Of a stretch of 64,000 bases of DNA, positions 36,831 through 51,489 are shown piece by piece. Every line of letters begins with the position of its first letter. The stretch's first letter is position 1. The notes under the pieces were generated by a model. That model saw only the letters and a program-made list of their open reading frames with translations. It ran no database searches and was not told the DNA's origin. The stretch lies in assembly GCA_028023455.1 (NCBI GenBank), contig JAQFVV010000003.1, positions 1,612,001 through 1,676,000 of the forward strand, written 5' to 3'. Position numbers and translations under genes: made by a program. Source of the stretch: Epiperipatus broadwayi. Its lineage: Eukaryota; Animalia; Onychophora.

Positions 36831-38989
36831 ATTATTTAATTTTTTTAATAATTGATTCCAGAATTACTTCATTAAAATTACTAATCTACATTTATAATTA
36901 AAATTTAAAATACATACATAGTGAAATGAAGGGCTTTATAGTGTATTGATTATTATATATGTCTGTCATATCAAAGATTCTAAATTTCAAATCTGAATCA
37001 AATGTAAAAATTTATGCAGCTAACAGCCAAACTATATAGATTGGAAATAGATAACTTGAGAATAATTTTTTTGTATTAAGACAGATTTATCAGATGCCAA
37101 CAAAAATATGATTATAGTGATATGATAGAGTAGAGCATTTACCACTAAAAACAGAGATGTCATACATCTAAGATTGCTTTTACCATAGCTTACTTTTTTT
37201 TCATACATTGTAATATTCCCTCGATAGTTACCTGGTCTAAATAATGACCAAAGAGTCCTGATTCTACCTCTATAAAGATTGAACAATTATGCTTTATCTA
37301 GTGAGGCTCAGACAACATTAGATCTTATATGACATCTATTGTATAATTAATGAAATACTGTATTCAACATAGAAGTGTACTAATACAAATAACTGCAGTT
37401 GTTTTATTAAAACAAAACAAAACAAATTTTAAAGATAATTAAATTAAATTTTTAAAAAATGTATATGTAATAGATGTAGAAAAAATATCTTTCTTTTATT
37501 GATCGGTTTTATTTTTAAAAAATGTTTGTTGAAATGATTCGAGTCGTTTCCATATACTTACAATTATTGTCAAGTTATAGTAAAAATGTCAAAAGTAAAT
37601 TGATGGATGAATTTAAGTTTTTTTTTTCTCTCTCTAATATATAAAAAGAATTTGTAATTGGCAAAATCTTGCCAAAGCTGGAGTAGATCCAATCAATTTT
37701 CATTTTAAGAATAAAAGTTTTCTATCAAATAATAAAAAAAAGATTTAAATCTCGAATGGTTCTCAAAATTTACCCTTTAGGATTTTAAATATCCAATTAG
37801 GATTAGAGAATAACTTACATATCTTCTTATACGATCACATATACATACAGAATATGCTGACAACATTGATACAGATAAATGTTTTGATAAATGGTTTTAC
37901 ATTTTGCAATAATATGAGTAAAAAATAGTTTAAAAAATGTTGGCTGATATTCAAATGTGCCCTCTGGTAGATAAAATGTCATTCTAGTTTAAAAATTTTT
38001 AATTGAATTACTGCACATATTTTATTATTTTTATATACATTTAAAAGTGGCGATAAATCAAAAAGGCTCTTGGAGAGAGCAAATAATAATCTTTTGATCA
38101 TCATCAGCATAACTTGCCACTGCTTTTTCATGTTCAGGATTCATTATAACACAGATTTTTTATAACGCAATGATTCACTAATAAAAAAATAATCATGATA
38201 TAATGAGACTTTTTTTTTAAAAAAAAGTTAAATATGATTACTTTGAATACTGTGGTACAATAATCTATGCACCACATCTCACTTCTAAATTTTGATTTTT
38301 AATGAGTTGGGCTTTTATCGTACAATAGTGATACTTTATGGATAGTAAGTTTAACAGTCTAATAATTACCCAGACTCCCAAAACAAATTTCTGAATTATT
38401 CAGCTAAAATCTAGTTATGAATATGATGTAATGTAAAATGTTTTCTTCTTAAACATAAAAACAAGTTACTGTGCATACTCCATAAGCCCAAAAGATTAAA
38501 TACTGCACATTCTTTGAACATGATGGGTTTTTTTTTTATTAAGGAAAATACACATACAATTACAATATAAATGTTGTTGGTATACATTTGCTTAGATTTG
38601 TTACATTTATTATAACCATCATTAGTAAATAATTTTCCAAATTAAAAAATATACCTGTTTGATACATTAGTTATTATTATGACAAATTATTTCATGATCA
38701 GAGCAAGAAGCTCATCATTCAAACTTAGTCTATAATTATTATGTAACTAGTTTTATATCAGAACAACTGGCTCTTCATTTTGTGACTTAGTGAGTGATCA
38801 TTAGGCAGTCCATATTTTGATTGGCAATGATCCTTTGTCATTCTCCATCTAATGGGACTATTTGAATTAATATTTAGTTAGCCTGCCTGAGAATTGGCTC
38901 TTCATCCAGTGGTCTATGTTGCCCCCAAGTGTTCCTGAAAAGCTTTTCCGGTGTTAACAAGTGATCCCTGAACATAATCCTTCAAATAA

Positions 38990-39930
38990 ATTTCTTACAT
39001 ATCTCCCATGGTTCTTTACTTCCTTGCTTAAAAACAAAATAATTCCTGGTTAACCACACAGCATAAAGCAGGAATATTCCCATTCTAATCACAGCAAAAA
39101 CACTACTTGTTATAGCATCCTTGATTCTTAAAATTTTCATGTTAGCTGGCAGTATTCTGGTTATAATATTTTATCTAGCAGGACTCAAAATTGGGCAAGC
39201 AGTAAAAATATGGCCAATGGTTTCATCTGCTATTTTACATAAGCTACATAGTAGTTCTATTTTAGAGAAATTTCTATGAGTTACCAAAAATGATTCATTG
39301 GCAAGGCTTTCAAATTAAATTTTATGATAAAGTCAATATGTTTGGCTTCCAAGTAGCAAAATTTAATTTCCTGATTAGTAATCCAGTAGATAAATCAAGC
39401 TCAGTAGTTAATTCAGTAATGTTTGCATGCATGCATTTGTAAAGTTGCCAGTAAGTGTTAGTATTGTCAATAATTGATGCTGTAACTTTGAAGAATTTGT
39501 TGGCATATGCTAGCAGCTCCATGGCCCACTTACTTTGTATGGGTGGTGGTGTGTCAGTAGGTTCAATTTCATGCTGTAATGAGTCCACTGGCAATCTTAT
39601 ATTTATTGCCTTAAGCATTGATAGGGATTTCTGAATCAAAATGGTGTTAAGATCATGCAACCAGAGCCCATTCAGGTCTTTTGGTATCTGCATCTTGGCT
39701 AAACTTATGGTTACTGTTTTACTCTTCCACAAAATGCCAGTGCAGACCGAGTTTATTGCATTCTGAAAGAACCTGGTTGGTTTAAGAAGTGGCATGAAGT
39801 AATTAATTCGTGGAAGCACCAACATGGTAATCAGTGCTGCCTTACCTGGGAGTGATAAGTAGATCCCTGAGAGAGCACTTGCAACCTTTTTGGTTTTTGG
39901 CATAAAATCATCCACTTGTATCATGCTTCA
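38990..39930 (-). mobile_element. Tx1/L1-like ORF2 3' fragment related to the 16.9-22.9 kb element
   Basis: ORF 39322-39924 LSLPGKAALITMLVLPRINYF..ILWKSK..ISLAKMQIPKDLNGL; CCHC finger LCSLCKIADETIGHIFTACP at ~39260-39195. Confidence 0.85.
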
Positions 39931-42016
39931 ACCTAATACATTATACTTATTTATTAAAAAGTAAGACCAACATTTATTGTGGAGAAAGTAATCATATATT
40001 ATTTCATTATTAATTTGTATAATAATTGTTGAATAAATATTAACATCCATTAAGTTTATTAGCTAACTGGTTCTTTGATTTCTGTTTTGTATTCTATATT
40101 TATTCATATATCCTATATAGATGTATATGTGTTTGATTGCCTCGATACTGACACTGGAAGTATCATGTTCTGATTGCTGTGTTAGGCATTCTGAAGACAG
40201 TTTGTCAGCAAATCTAGTTCAGTTCATGGCATTCTCATAGAAAGATTATATTCATGAATAATAAATAAGCTGATTGTCATTATATTATAATCCTTTTCTA
40301 ATCATATATAAACTGATGTATTAATGTGTGGATTTGTATTTGTGTGTAAAACTTTCACCTGATTCTACCCATTGCAATTTATATTGTAACAAAGTAAAAA
40401 AGAGGGTATACTTTTCTTTTAATGCCCTAAAGATTTGGGAGCCATTTGTAATGGAATAAATACTTGCCCTAAAGCATTGGACAGCATTTTATAACAGAAA
40501 TGAAATGATGATGATGAAATAATCTTTATTATCATCATTAAAGTTAGATTGCTATTTGTAACAAAATAAATATGAGGGTATGCTAATTTCTGTTAGAGAT
40601 ACAATGATTTTGATGGCATTTGTAACAGATCAAAAATGTACAATGGGAAATAATAACTCTAGTGTAACTTGAATAAAATATAGCCTGATCATTGGTCACC
40701 CTATGTAACAGAAAGAAAATAAGCCCTGAAGTTGGATATCATTTGTAACTTAATAAAGTACATAATTCAAAGAGAAATAATACTAATTTTATAATGTCCA
40801 TAAAGAATAGTATTGAATAGTATTATTCATAACATAATGAATACAATAAACTAAGCTAAGTGAAAACCAATCAATAAATAATTATTCAGTATTTAAAATT
40901 ATCCTTTATCTAATCACATATCTGACTGTTAACTATACTTAAACAAAACAGTGATGTCAATATTTATTATAAGATCATGAGTCCAGACAGCATTTAGAAT
41001 AAACACAAAACAAAATTATCACTTCAAATACCCTAAATATAAATTTTATCTGAAAATAGATTAAAATGAAGCAATTAAATCAAATATTACTGTCTCAAAG
41101 TGATATATGCTTAAGGTATTATTCACTTATAATCAAATGAAAATAATGATAAATCATTCAACAACTAAATTCTAATAACCTTAATCAAACATTGCTTATA
41201 ATATCATAAACTTATGCTAAAATTTAACAATGTTTGTATCTAAATAAAATAATCCATGAATGACTAAAATAGCCATTTTAGCATGTCTTATATGCTTATA
41301 ATATTCATAACTTCTAAATAATATATGATCCAATAAATAATTTTAAATCCTACTTTAATAAAATGATAAATAATACTCAGCCATGTATACTTATATATTA
41401 ATTTACTCTTACTAATTATACTATTTATAACAAGATAAAATACTTAATAATAATGTAACACCAATAAACCCATATGATAATCTTGAGTTCATAATATTCA
41501 ATCAAACCAGTATATAAAATAAATAATAGATTTCTATTGGGTATTTATTTAAGTACAATTAACTAATCATATCAATTTATTTTAAATTTCCTGTAACTAA
41601 ATTATTGCAACTCCATATTATAACAATCAAAACATATAAAAATAATTATTAGCATTTATTGTAATCAAGTATGAATATTAAAATTTAATATTTAATTGGA
41701 TTTACATAAACTAAATTTAAATATAATTAAAGATACAGTACCTATCTAATCAATAATAATTTAGATAAAACACACAAATATTTGATTGTGATTACCATAA
41801 AAAGTTTATATCCAGTCAGGTAATAACTATTGAATCCATAACAAAAAAATATATAACCATACTTACCAATCATGGGATTTGAATTTTGGATTAAATTATT
41901 TAAAATAAATTTTACAATATAGTCAATTTTTCTTGTTCCTCTCAAATGCTATTAATCAATGAATTTGTATTGCACAATTGAACAATAATCAAACAAGTTT
42001 ATTTGTTTTAACTTAA

Positions 42017-42785
42017 CCTTTTAACTGCTAATTATATTATTGGTTGTATGAGGTAAAAATCAAAGCTTTTAATTGGCCAACTCACAAACTGAAGACAAAG
42101 CCTATTGTTAAAACATATTCACCTATAATATTAAATTCAACTCAGATACGTTTATAAAAAGTATATTAATAATTTGTCAGGTTATGAAAGTGAACAAAAG
42201 TTCTTTCAAAAATAAATTGCTATTTATTTATTATAAAATATTCAATTTTGGCAAATTTAAAAGCGAACTTATAAACAAAGAAATGCTGACATAGATGCTT
42301 TTTTTCAATTTTACGTTATGGAAAAGTAAAGATTTTTTTTTGCTAAATCTTAAATATTTTTACTAAAATCTTCAATATTTTTCGAAAATAATTTTGTTTT
42401 TTTAGTATATTTTATTAAAAATTATTTTAATTTCTCAAATTATATTTTTTTAATACTTTAAATCACATTCGAAATGAAAATCTCAGCGTTTTTCTTTATT
42501 TTTTTTGATCAGGTGGTTTCTTTGTTCTTTCCAGCCAATCAGAATGTTTTTGTCAGCTGAGAGCCAGCTGACAGCCAATCACTGACAAGCTTCTTTCTTT
42601 TTTTAGCTTTAAATGCAGTTTTTTTTGATTTTTTACTTGTAAAATAATTTGAAAGAGAGCACCATCTTAGAGAACTTTTAAAAACCTAATCAATAACTGT
42701 CAAACAAATATCCTAGCATTAAAGATAACGGAATTAGAGTGACATCAACTGTCAACAAGAGGTCTTGTAAGAGGTGGGAAAAGGA
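42017..42785. mobile_element. Second, inverted copy of the piggyBac-like non-autonomous element
   Basis: Reverse complement matches ~25580-26313 (e.g. GAAATGAAAATCTCAGCGTTTTTCTTTATT, CCAGCCAATCAGAATGT); TTAA at 42013-16 and 42786-89. Confidence 0.85.
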
Positions 42786-43321
42786 TTAAATTAAAATTTA
42801 TTAATAAATGAATATATATATAAAACAATCGATATGTACACATATGGTCTAATTGCATATACAAAGATCACAATTAACATTAACTCCATATTTAAATATA
42901 TGATTGCCCGTTAATCTCCAATTATTTAACACCAAATATGGCACATATACATCTATGTAACATAAATATGTTGTGGAATCTTCCTATTTTCCAAGGTACA
43001 AGAGGCTTGAATATATATATATATATATACAAAGATGAATCAAGTTATTTGTTAATATAAATTTAAGAGAACAAAATAAAGTGAATATTTATTTTGATAA
43101 AATCATTTTTTGAACTTTTAATTTAAATGATATATAAGTTAATTTAAAATCAATAAATAAAAAATGAATATTTTAAATATTAAAATAATAATTACTATGC
43201 CACAAGATATAAGTTTAAACTTAGAAAAATGTAACTCTCTTATGTTTTGGTCTGTGAATAGATTATCATTTAACTTAAAATTATATATTAGTTACTATTA
43301 AATACAATACATTTTAAATAA

Positions 43322-43354
<33 letters not shown>

Positions 43355-45489
43355 TGTAATGGGCACATACGCCGTTACATTATTTCTTTTTTATTAAACA
43401 TGAAATTAAAATAAAAAGTTCACATTTAAAAACTTCCTTTTTTTTAAGACATAAAAATTGAAAATTAATTCTATCTTAAACTCGTATATATATAAAATCG
43501 CACAGATGAAAAAAATTATTAAAATAAAACTTTATTAAAAATAGAAAAACTAAATCTTCAACAAAAACTTGAAAAGATTTAGAGATAAAAATATATCTTT
43601 AAGTTTGGAAAACAAATTAATTAATCATAAAATGGAAATGACTGTTTTAATTAGGTAAAAGTAAACTAGCCCTTGGGCATTTAAAATGTATAAGCAATGG
43701 TCAGATAGGAAAAAACAATAGAAACTAATAGCCAATGAGAGAAATCCCTCAAATTGGACCTCAGCAAAAGGACTATCACCATCGTCATAATGTAATGTTC
43801 AGTTAATCCAAAAAATTAATATAAAAAGAAAAAGTTTGGAAATAAAGGATTATTAAGTGAAAAAAGAGCTGCAAGAGAAGATAGCAGTGGTGAGATGTGT
43901 TAGTGTGGAGTTGAAGGAGAAGGTATTGAAAAGATGCACTCTTCAATCCCTTCGGTTTTGTTAAAAGGAAAGAGAAATGACATTATTTTCCTATATTGAG
44001 GACCACAGGACATCAGGGGAATTAATGCTGGCTCCAAATGGCAAAAAACTGCAAGAAATTAGAAACTACAGACTTGTTAAAACCATAAGAACTTTATGAA
44101 AACACTAAGAACTCTAAAATACAAACTTTACAATATTTTAAATAGAAGAATCTCCTATCTGACTAAATTAATTATAATTTTATTTGATGTATTTTCTTTG
44201 TAAAATCATTTCGATTTATTTATTTATTTTTTTGTTCTTTAAGTTTTTGTTATGATTTCTGTTTTTCATTAAACTAAATTATAAAAATGTTAAATTTAAG
44301 TCAGGTGTGAATGGCTATATAGATTTGTGAAGTTTTATTAGGGAAGGGTAATGTTAGGTTATTCATTTCGTAGTTGAATTGGGTCAATGGATTGGATATA
44401 TTGGTGTAATTAGTAGATGTAATATGAGGTTCGCTACGGCCAGAATCACTAATATACACCACACATCCCCTTTTGCCTATGGAATGGGATCATAAGGTGG
44501 CAAAAAAAACCACAGTCCCTTCCTATGGAGTTTTTTTTTATTGCTCTTCTTGTCAGATAGATGTAGTATTCCTATCTGGATGAAAATCAATTTCTTTTCT
44601 TAACCTATATTTGTGCTGTCGTATTCGTTTTACATTGAATACATCGATATATCAGATGGATTGATGTTGGTTTAACTACTAACTTTTGGTCTAAGATTAA
44701 ATAAGGAATAAAATATTTTCTTTTCCAATGCAATCTATGTAGTCTATTTATACTCGACACTCTAAATGCAGTAAATTTAAGTTGGGTATAGATGCTTGCA
44801 TAGATTTGTTATCAGTTAATTATGTTTTTGGTTTTCATATTTGATCAAAATATATAGACATTCAGTAAATAATGATACCTTATGGTGAGTATCTAAAATG
44901 TATTTATTCAGATGTCTTTTAAGTTATTAGTGTCAATGTGGCATCTTATAATGAATGCCATTGGGTTTCTTATAAATTTCCCTCTGCAATTCCATCAATA
45001 ACTTTATATTTTGATCGTTTATGTTTATTTTGAAATGTTTTTAACCATGTAATCTATGTAACTGATCTATACTCAACATTATAAAACAAACTTTTATAAA
45101 TCCATCTGTGCAAACTTATAAAAATTAAAATGTAAATTAAAGTCTAAAATCAAAGTTAAAAATGCAAGTTAGATTTTAAAATGTAAAACTGATACTAAAA
45201 TAATTTTAAATCTTATATATGTTTAAATAAATGTTTGTGTGTTATTTCTGGCAGTGGTTTCCAATTGTTTAAAAAAAATATTCTTAAATAAGAATTTATA
45301 AAATATAAATCTCTGCTGTTCCACTGAGCTAGTGACAATGGGCTAGCAGTCGGAATCAAAATATATAAAATAAAAAAAAAAATTTTTTTAACTTACGTAT
45401 CTGCCTACTATATAAATTTTCTAGGTTCAAATGCCTAGTGGTGCCCTGTAGTGTAGATACTTAAGACTCTATTCTCCCCAATCATTATA
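43355..45489 (+). mobile_element. LTR-like element inserted in (TA)n
   Basis: ATAT|TGTAATG ... CATTATA|ATAT termini; tRNA-Leu-type PBS-like TGGCAGTGGT at 45249-45258; no coding ORF. Confidence 0.4.
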
Positions 45490-47029
45490 ATATATATATA
45501 TATAATAACAATAGATGTAAACAAACGTCCTGAATAAGAGTCTTTAAATACTGTATTTCCAGAATGGCATCACAGTTCTGATGTCTATTTCAAACTGCAA
45601 ACCAAAAATATTTCCTTGTTCCAGACAAGATATAATATATTCACTAAAACTTTTAAATACAAAGATCTTTATTGATTCTGTTTATATATATATGTCATAT
45701 TATTATTACTATTTGCGGGATATTACATCTTTTATCCGTGAAAACATTAGAATTTATATATATATATATATATATATATCCAAATTATTCTTTCAAATAA
45801 CAATTATTTGATTTATATAACGTTATGCGCATAAGTATTACTTTGTATTCAAGATGAATGTGAAGAGATATTCTTTCATGAACAAATATTATTTCAAAAT
45901 ATTATGAATGGATATATACTAGCTTTATCTAAGATGATATGATGGAAAATTAAATTGATTTATATCTTAGATAAAATTGATCAATCGATCTATTAAAATT
46001 ATAGAGGCAAGTAGATTTGACTCTTGTACACCTTCTGCCATTTGTATCACATCTTTAAAATATAAGTAACATCCATTTTAAAGGATAAAAATATTCTGAT
46101 GGTTTATAATGGAATGAAGCAATTTTGATGATATTTCCTTTTATAATAAATTGTTGTTTTCCCTTAAAATTTTCTTAATATGCTGCCCAGTCCATGGGAA
46201 GATAATATTGTTTCTTACCCCTTCGTTTTGTTCAATTAATTGCATACTTTTCAAATAAATAAAAAGCAAATCATACAGAGAAGTTTATATGTGCTTCTAT
46301 TTAAAGCCAAAGCAAGAGAGAGGAGTTTAAACTATTCACTTCTATTTATAAACATTTTTCATTTATGCCAGTGTAACTATAGCAATCCTTTATATTCACT
46401 CTTCAAGCATTTTCAGGCAGCTTTCCATAAATAAATAAAAAATCTTATTACACAATAATTATAAATAATAAAAAAATTCACAATTATGACATATAATAAA
46501 CATTTACATTTTTAATATATAAATATTTATTCTTCATTCTAACACAAATTAAACAATTTATGATACATTCTCATTATTGCAAGATGTGGTCTTACACCCG
46601 ACCAAAATCATTAAAAGCACTCTTACCTAATTTAAATCCAAAACCCACAATAACAACATTATTTACCTTTAATAGAAAACAAACTATATGTATAATGAGA
46701 ATGCAAATCAAATAAAACTTATTACCAAAAGATGAAAGTAGCTACAAGCACTCTATCTGAGAAACAACTAATTGTTTCCATAATTAAATATTTAACTTAT
46801 TTTTATAATCAAACATATTATAAATATGCTCTTTAAAATAAACCATGAAATGTAGACACTAATATTATAATCCCCACACATGACAACAATACAAGGACAG
46901 GATGATCAAGTATAGATGCAAGCAAGAAAAAAAAGAAAAGATTTAAAGGAAAGAAAAATTTTTTTTTATTGTTATTAATCTATCATATATATATATATGA
47001 ACTATAACAAATGACTTAAATAATCAAAT

Positions 47030-47780
47030 GCATGAACACGAATCTACTGTTTGAAACATCAAATTCACATCCAAATTGAACAATCTCATTTTGGTGATTA
47101 GCAAAAGTTATAAACAAACGACCTTCTCAAAAATCAGATCAAAAACTCTCAGTGGCTAACCAGGATGTACAATTTATGAGTGAAAAAAAATGAATTTGCA
47201 GTTAGAACAGAAAAGCCTACATTCAAAGTAAAAGCATTAAATGAAAATAGCTCACAGGATACTGAGTAAAGCTAAATAAAAACATATGGATTTAAATCCA
47301 GTCAATTAAGAGATTCTAAATCAAATATCTCAAAAACAGCTTTAAACTTTTCAATATTTCAAGAGCATTTCCAAGTTTAAGTTGGAGAGTAGATTAATTC
47401 TAACTTGATATTATCAATAGCAAATATCTTGCTTTTCAATTCACTCAAAAATTTTTATTAAATACAATTATAAACATACAAACTTGTATTACTAAGTGTG
47501 AAGTTACATTGGAAGAAAAAAGTTGTCACCTATGGAGCTGTAAATGCCAAATCCAAATTCAATTCAACATAGCATCTATTCATCTAGGCTGTGAATACTA
47601 TTAACTTTACTATTTAGATGTGAAGCTACCAACTCACCATCTCAAAGCAGTCCATACAAACAGAAAAATTCTAATCACCATCAGATGTGTTTTAGAACAT
47701 TCAAATCCCACCAACTGAAATATGAACTGGATCAAATAGGCTATTTATAATCTGTTAGGTCATTTTTCTTATGGACTCTT
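47030..47780 (+). mobile_element. Penelope-like RT relic
   Basis: Frameshifted matches to FYGL.K.HK (~47090), N...IQF (~47545) and LPFLDV (TACTATTTAGATGTG, ~47608-47622). Confidence 0.45.
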
Positions 47781-49849
47781 AATTGATTTTTAGGTTAATG
47801 CCACATTTTTTTTGTTATTTTATATATAATTTTTCATTTATATTTTTTCTTTAGTATAGATTGAAGGGGGGTGTAAACTAATAATATGTTAGAGAAGGGA
47901 AAAGCATTATTAGTTTTATTGTAATTTGAAATAAAATATAGGTCCAGGCATGATATTGTTTGCAGATAAATTAAATCAGCACCAGAAGAGAGGTAAGATA
48001 TTACCCTATCATACATTAAATACTAATGCTTGTACAGTGACACTGTTATTTGTTTTTCATTTATTATTACTAATCATTTCATCATTTATTTATTTCTTTT
48101 TGGTATATATGATTAATAAGCTTTAATGTGGATGATCTTTCATATTTTTGTAGAGACAAACCATAATAGAAGAGGGATCCCATACTACCATCACGTTATT
48201 GATATGAATTCATCAATAAACTATTTGGAGATGAGGAATTATGACTTTGGTGAAAATTAAATTTGCAAGCAAGTGCAAAAATAAATATCAATTAGTTATA
48301 ATTTTTTTATGTGTGTTAATATTGATATTGGATGAATATTTTTTGAAGAGAAATAGGTAGTGGATTAATGATATTAACTGTAATAATTAAAAAATGTTTA
48401 TCTATATCTAAACAAATTATTTACTTTTGTTATAACCTCATTACCTAAACTATGTTAATTGTAAATAAATCTGTTAAATATAAGATTTTCAATTAAAGAC
48501 TGTCATTTGTATTTTTCTTATATTCAGTTCTCAATTTGTCACATATTGCACATTATAAATAGTGATATACTCTGAAGTAAAATATTATGCATATTCTTCC
48601 TGAGTTTGAATTATGGGATTAATGGAAATTTCAAAATGGAGAAAGGAGATGAGTATACGGGTAGATGTTTGACATATATTTGTGTGTTAGTCCATTATCT
48701 TCCAGGAATACAATTGGAGTGGATATAAGTCTATATATTTGGAAATCCTAGATAAGCTTTCTCACCCACTCTGATGACTTATCAAGTCTACTATCATGTA
48801 ATGTCAGGACTCATTCCATTACACTATATTATACTGGAAATATATATTTATACATATTTATTTCCAATATAATATTACACAAATAAGAAGAACAAATGTA
48901 TTTGAAATATTAAATATTTATTTGTATTGCTTATAATTTACTATTATGAATGCAGTAATGAAAATGAGATATAAAAAAAAACGAATTTTAATTCCAGACT
49001 ATATTCTTTATTATTCACATATTTCTTTTTTTTTAAATAAATAAAGTCAATTCACAATCTTACAATACAATTAATAATAAACAATTTTATACCAATATTA
49101 TCATCTAAGTTAACATAACACCATCCAAAAATCAAACAAGAAAAAAAAAATTATGACTGACATCTTAACCACATACTGAAATACATCTCAAATTTCAGTA
49201 GACACAATATGTATTATAGGAAAATATTTTATATAATATTAAAAAAATATATTATTATTTATATTTTTGAATTGTAATATTAATTTAGTACTTCAACTAT
49301 TGCTATTATATTTTTATTGGCTGAACGTCAGTGACTTAAATAGAGAACTAAAATGTCATCAAAAAATAGCCAAACAATTCACCAGAAATTAACAATGTAT
49401 AAATAGATAGGGGAAACAAATATTTATTAATTTTTTCTTCTTTTAGCATAAACTAAAAAATAAATTAATTTTTAAAGTGATTATTAAATTTTTAATATTG
49501 GATTTATGTTTAAATATATGATTTATAATCAATAAAAATTAAAATTATAAAATACTAGGTGAGATTTTTTTAAAAAAATTAATTTTGTTTAAAGCATCTA
49601 CATTACAATGTCTTAGATGTTACAACAACTTGATTTGAAATGATTGAAAATTAACTATATATTTTTTCAAAAGTTGAAGAAATTTATTTTAAAACAAATT
49701 TTAAAAGTATGTTTCATCAATAACACATGGTATTTAATTCTCATAGCAGAATTTAAATTTTTATTATTACTAATCTTTAATATATAAAAATAACAAAAAG
49801 ATCATCGTTAATTAGAACTAAATTTCTTCTCAATGATATAATCAAATGT

Positions 49850-50400
49850 TGGGTAAGAATAATATCAAACAAAGAACTGTGAAAGAAAAGTATCAATTTA
49901 AAATGCACCTATAAATTCAATATAGTATCAAAAACACACAATATTGTAAGAGAAGCTATAGAATAAATAGCATAGAAATAGTCATATACAAGTCATTATA
50001 GAAAATTTTTGAAATTCAAATATTTAAAAAGTTGTGGTCAACTAGATCTTTGAAGCACTTCACAGAATATCTTAAATCTTTGTCAAATTTTATTTTCAGA
50101 GTTTATTAAGCTTGTCATTTATTGTGATAATTGGGTCATAAGAATCAAATATAATAATTACCACATAACCATAATTATCTAATTTTAAATTATCACATGG
50201 ATGTTTTAATCAATAGATAATATCAAATCCTTTGTATAAAATATAAGTGTACACACATACTTATGACACAATTTAAAAATTACCCACTAAGTTCTGAAGA
50301 AGATTGCAGAGGCAATCAAAACTGTCTCAGTTGTAAAAAGGCATTGTAAATAGTAATAAAGAATATAGATGATATTAAAATTATCCAATTATAAAAAATT
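49850..50400 (+). mobile_element. Penelope-like GIY-YIG relic(s) with 3' hammerhead-like motif
   Basis: GTAAGAGAAGCTATAGAA (REAIE) ~49946; GGTCAACTAGATCTTTGAAG..TTCACAGAA (GQT.RSLK.RF.EH-like) ~50035; CTGAAGA motif at 50294. Confidence 0.55.
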
Positions 50401-51489
50401 TAAATAAAATAAATTGAAGGAGTTCATTCATATAATATAAGTTTTTAAATATAGATATAAAAATAATGAATGTATGTTTTTGGCTTATGATTTTTTTTTT
50501 ACAGAAAAATCCTTTATTTTTATTTTATCCATAATTGCCATTTGAAACAAGGCTTTTATTTGATAATACTAAATGTCCACTAATTATAACAGATGAGGCA
50601 GTAGATGTCTGAGAAAAAAAATATGATACTATTCATATAGGAAACCTGGACACAAAATGTATAAATTACTAATTTTTTGATTTCTTATTTAATATTTTTT
50701 TAAACAACAATTTACTGAAACTGCTAATAGTGATTGCATGAATATAGAATAAAAACAGTATACATCTAGTCATTCAAATAATCTAAAAATCTAAAATGAA
50801 AAGGAAGTTATACTGACAACTTGTGCACACATATTTGTAAATGTGTATTATGGATGTGTAAGAACAATTTTACTATTTACATTGCATATATTTTTTTTGT
50901 CAACTAAAAATGTAAATAAATCATTGATATCTTTATTAATCTATTTATTATTTTGTTGCAAATAAAACAGTTTTCATCCATAATAAACTGTTGCAAGATG
51001 TCCTCCATAAAGAAATATTTTCAAATCTGCTTTTAATGAAAACCATACAAAAAACTGTATTCAAAACTTGATTTGATATAAAAAATAGCTTCCAGCGCAA
51101 AATTTTAAAAATAATACAATATTTGAATAATTAGAAAATGAATTTCCATCACACAATTTTACACAAATTATTAAATCACATGACAACTTATTTTTTTCAA
51201 GTAAAAACTAAATTATTTAAAATGAAGTCTGTCTAATATAACAAATTATTTCTTTATTCAGATCATGCAATATGTAAAATTATAAAAACAGTTTTTTTTT
51301 ATTTTTTCTTCATCTTTAATAATATTGAATAATCCTTTGATTACCACCTCCTGATTTGTTTCTGAGATTAGCTTTATTAGCAAGGACTTGGAATTCAAAT
51401 CTGAAAATAGTGCAGGTGTGCATTTAGTAATCATCTTTAACTCCATTTTGATATTCAAGCTAAAAGCTAGAATTTCTAAACATCATAAT

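Noticed and set aside
40182-40220. CTGAAGA followed by a hairpin and CTAGTT (hammerhead-like)
   Set aside because: GAAA core is absent and no PLE coding relic was recognised upstream
48772-48800. CTGATGA followed by hairpin GACTT/AAGTC
   Set aside because: No GAAA and no stems I or III
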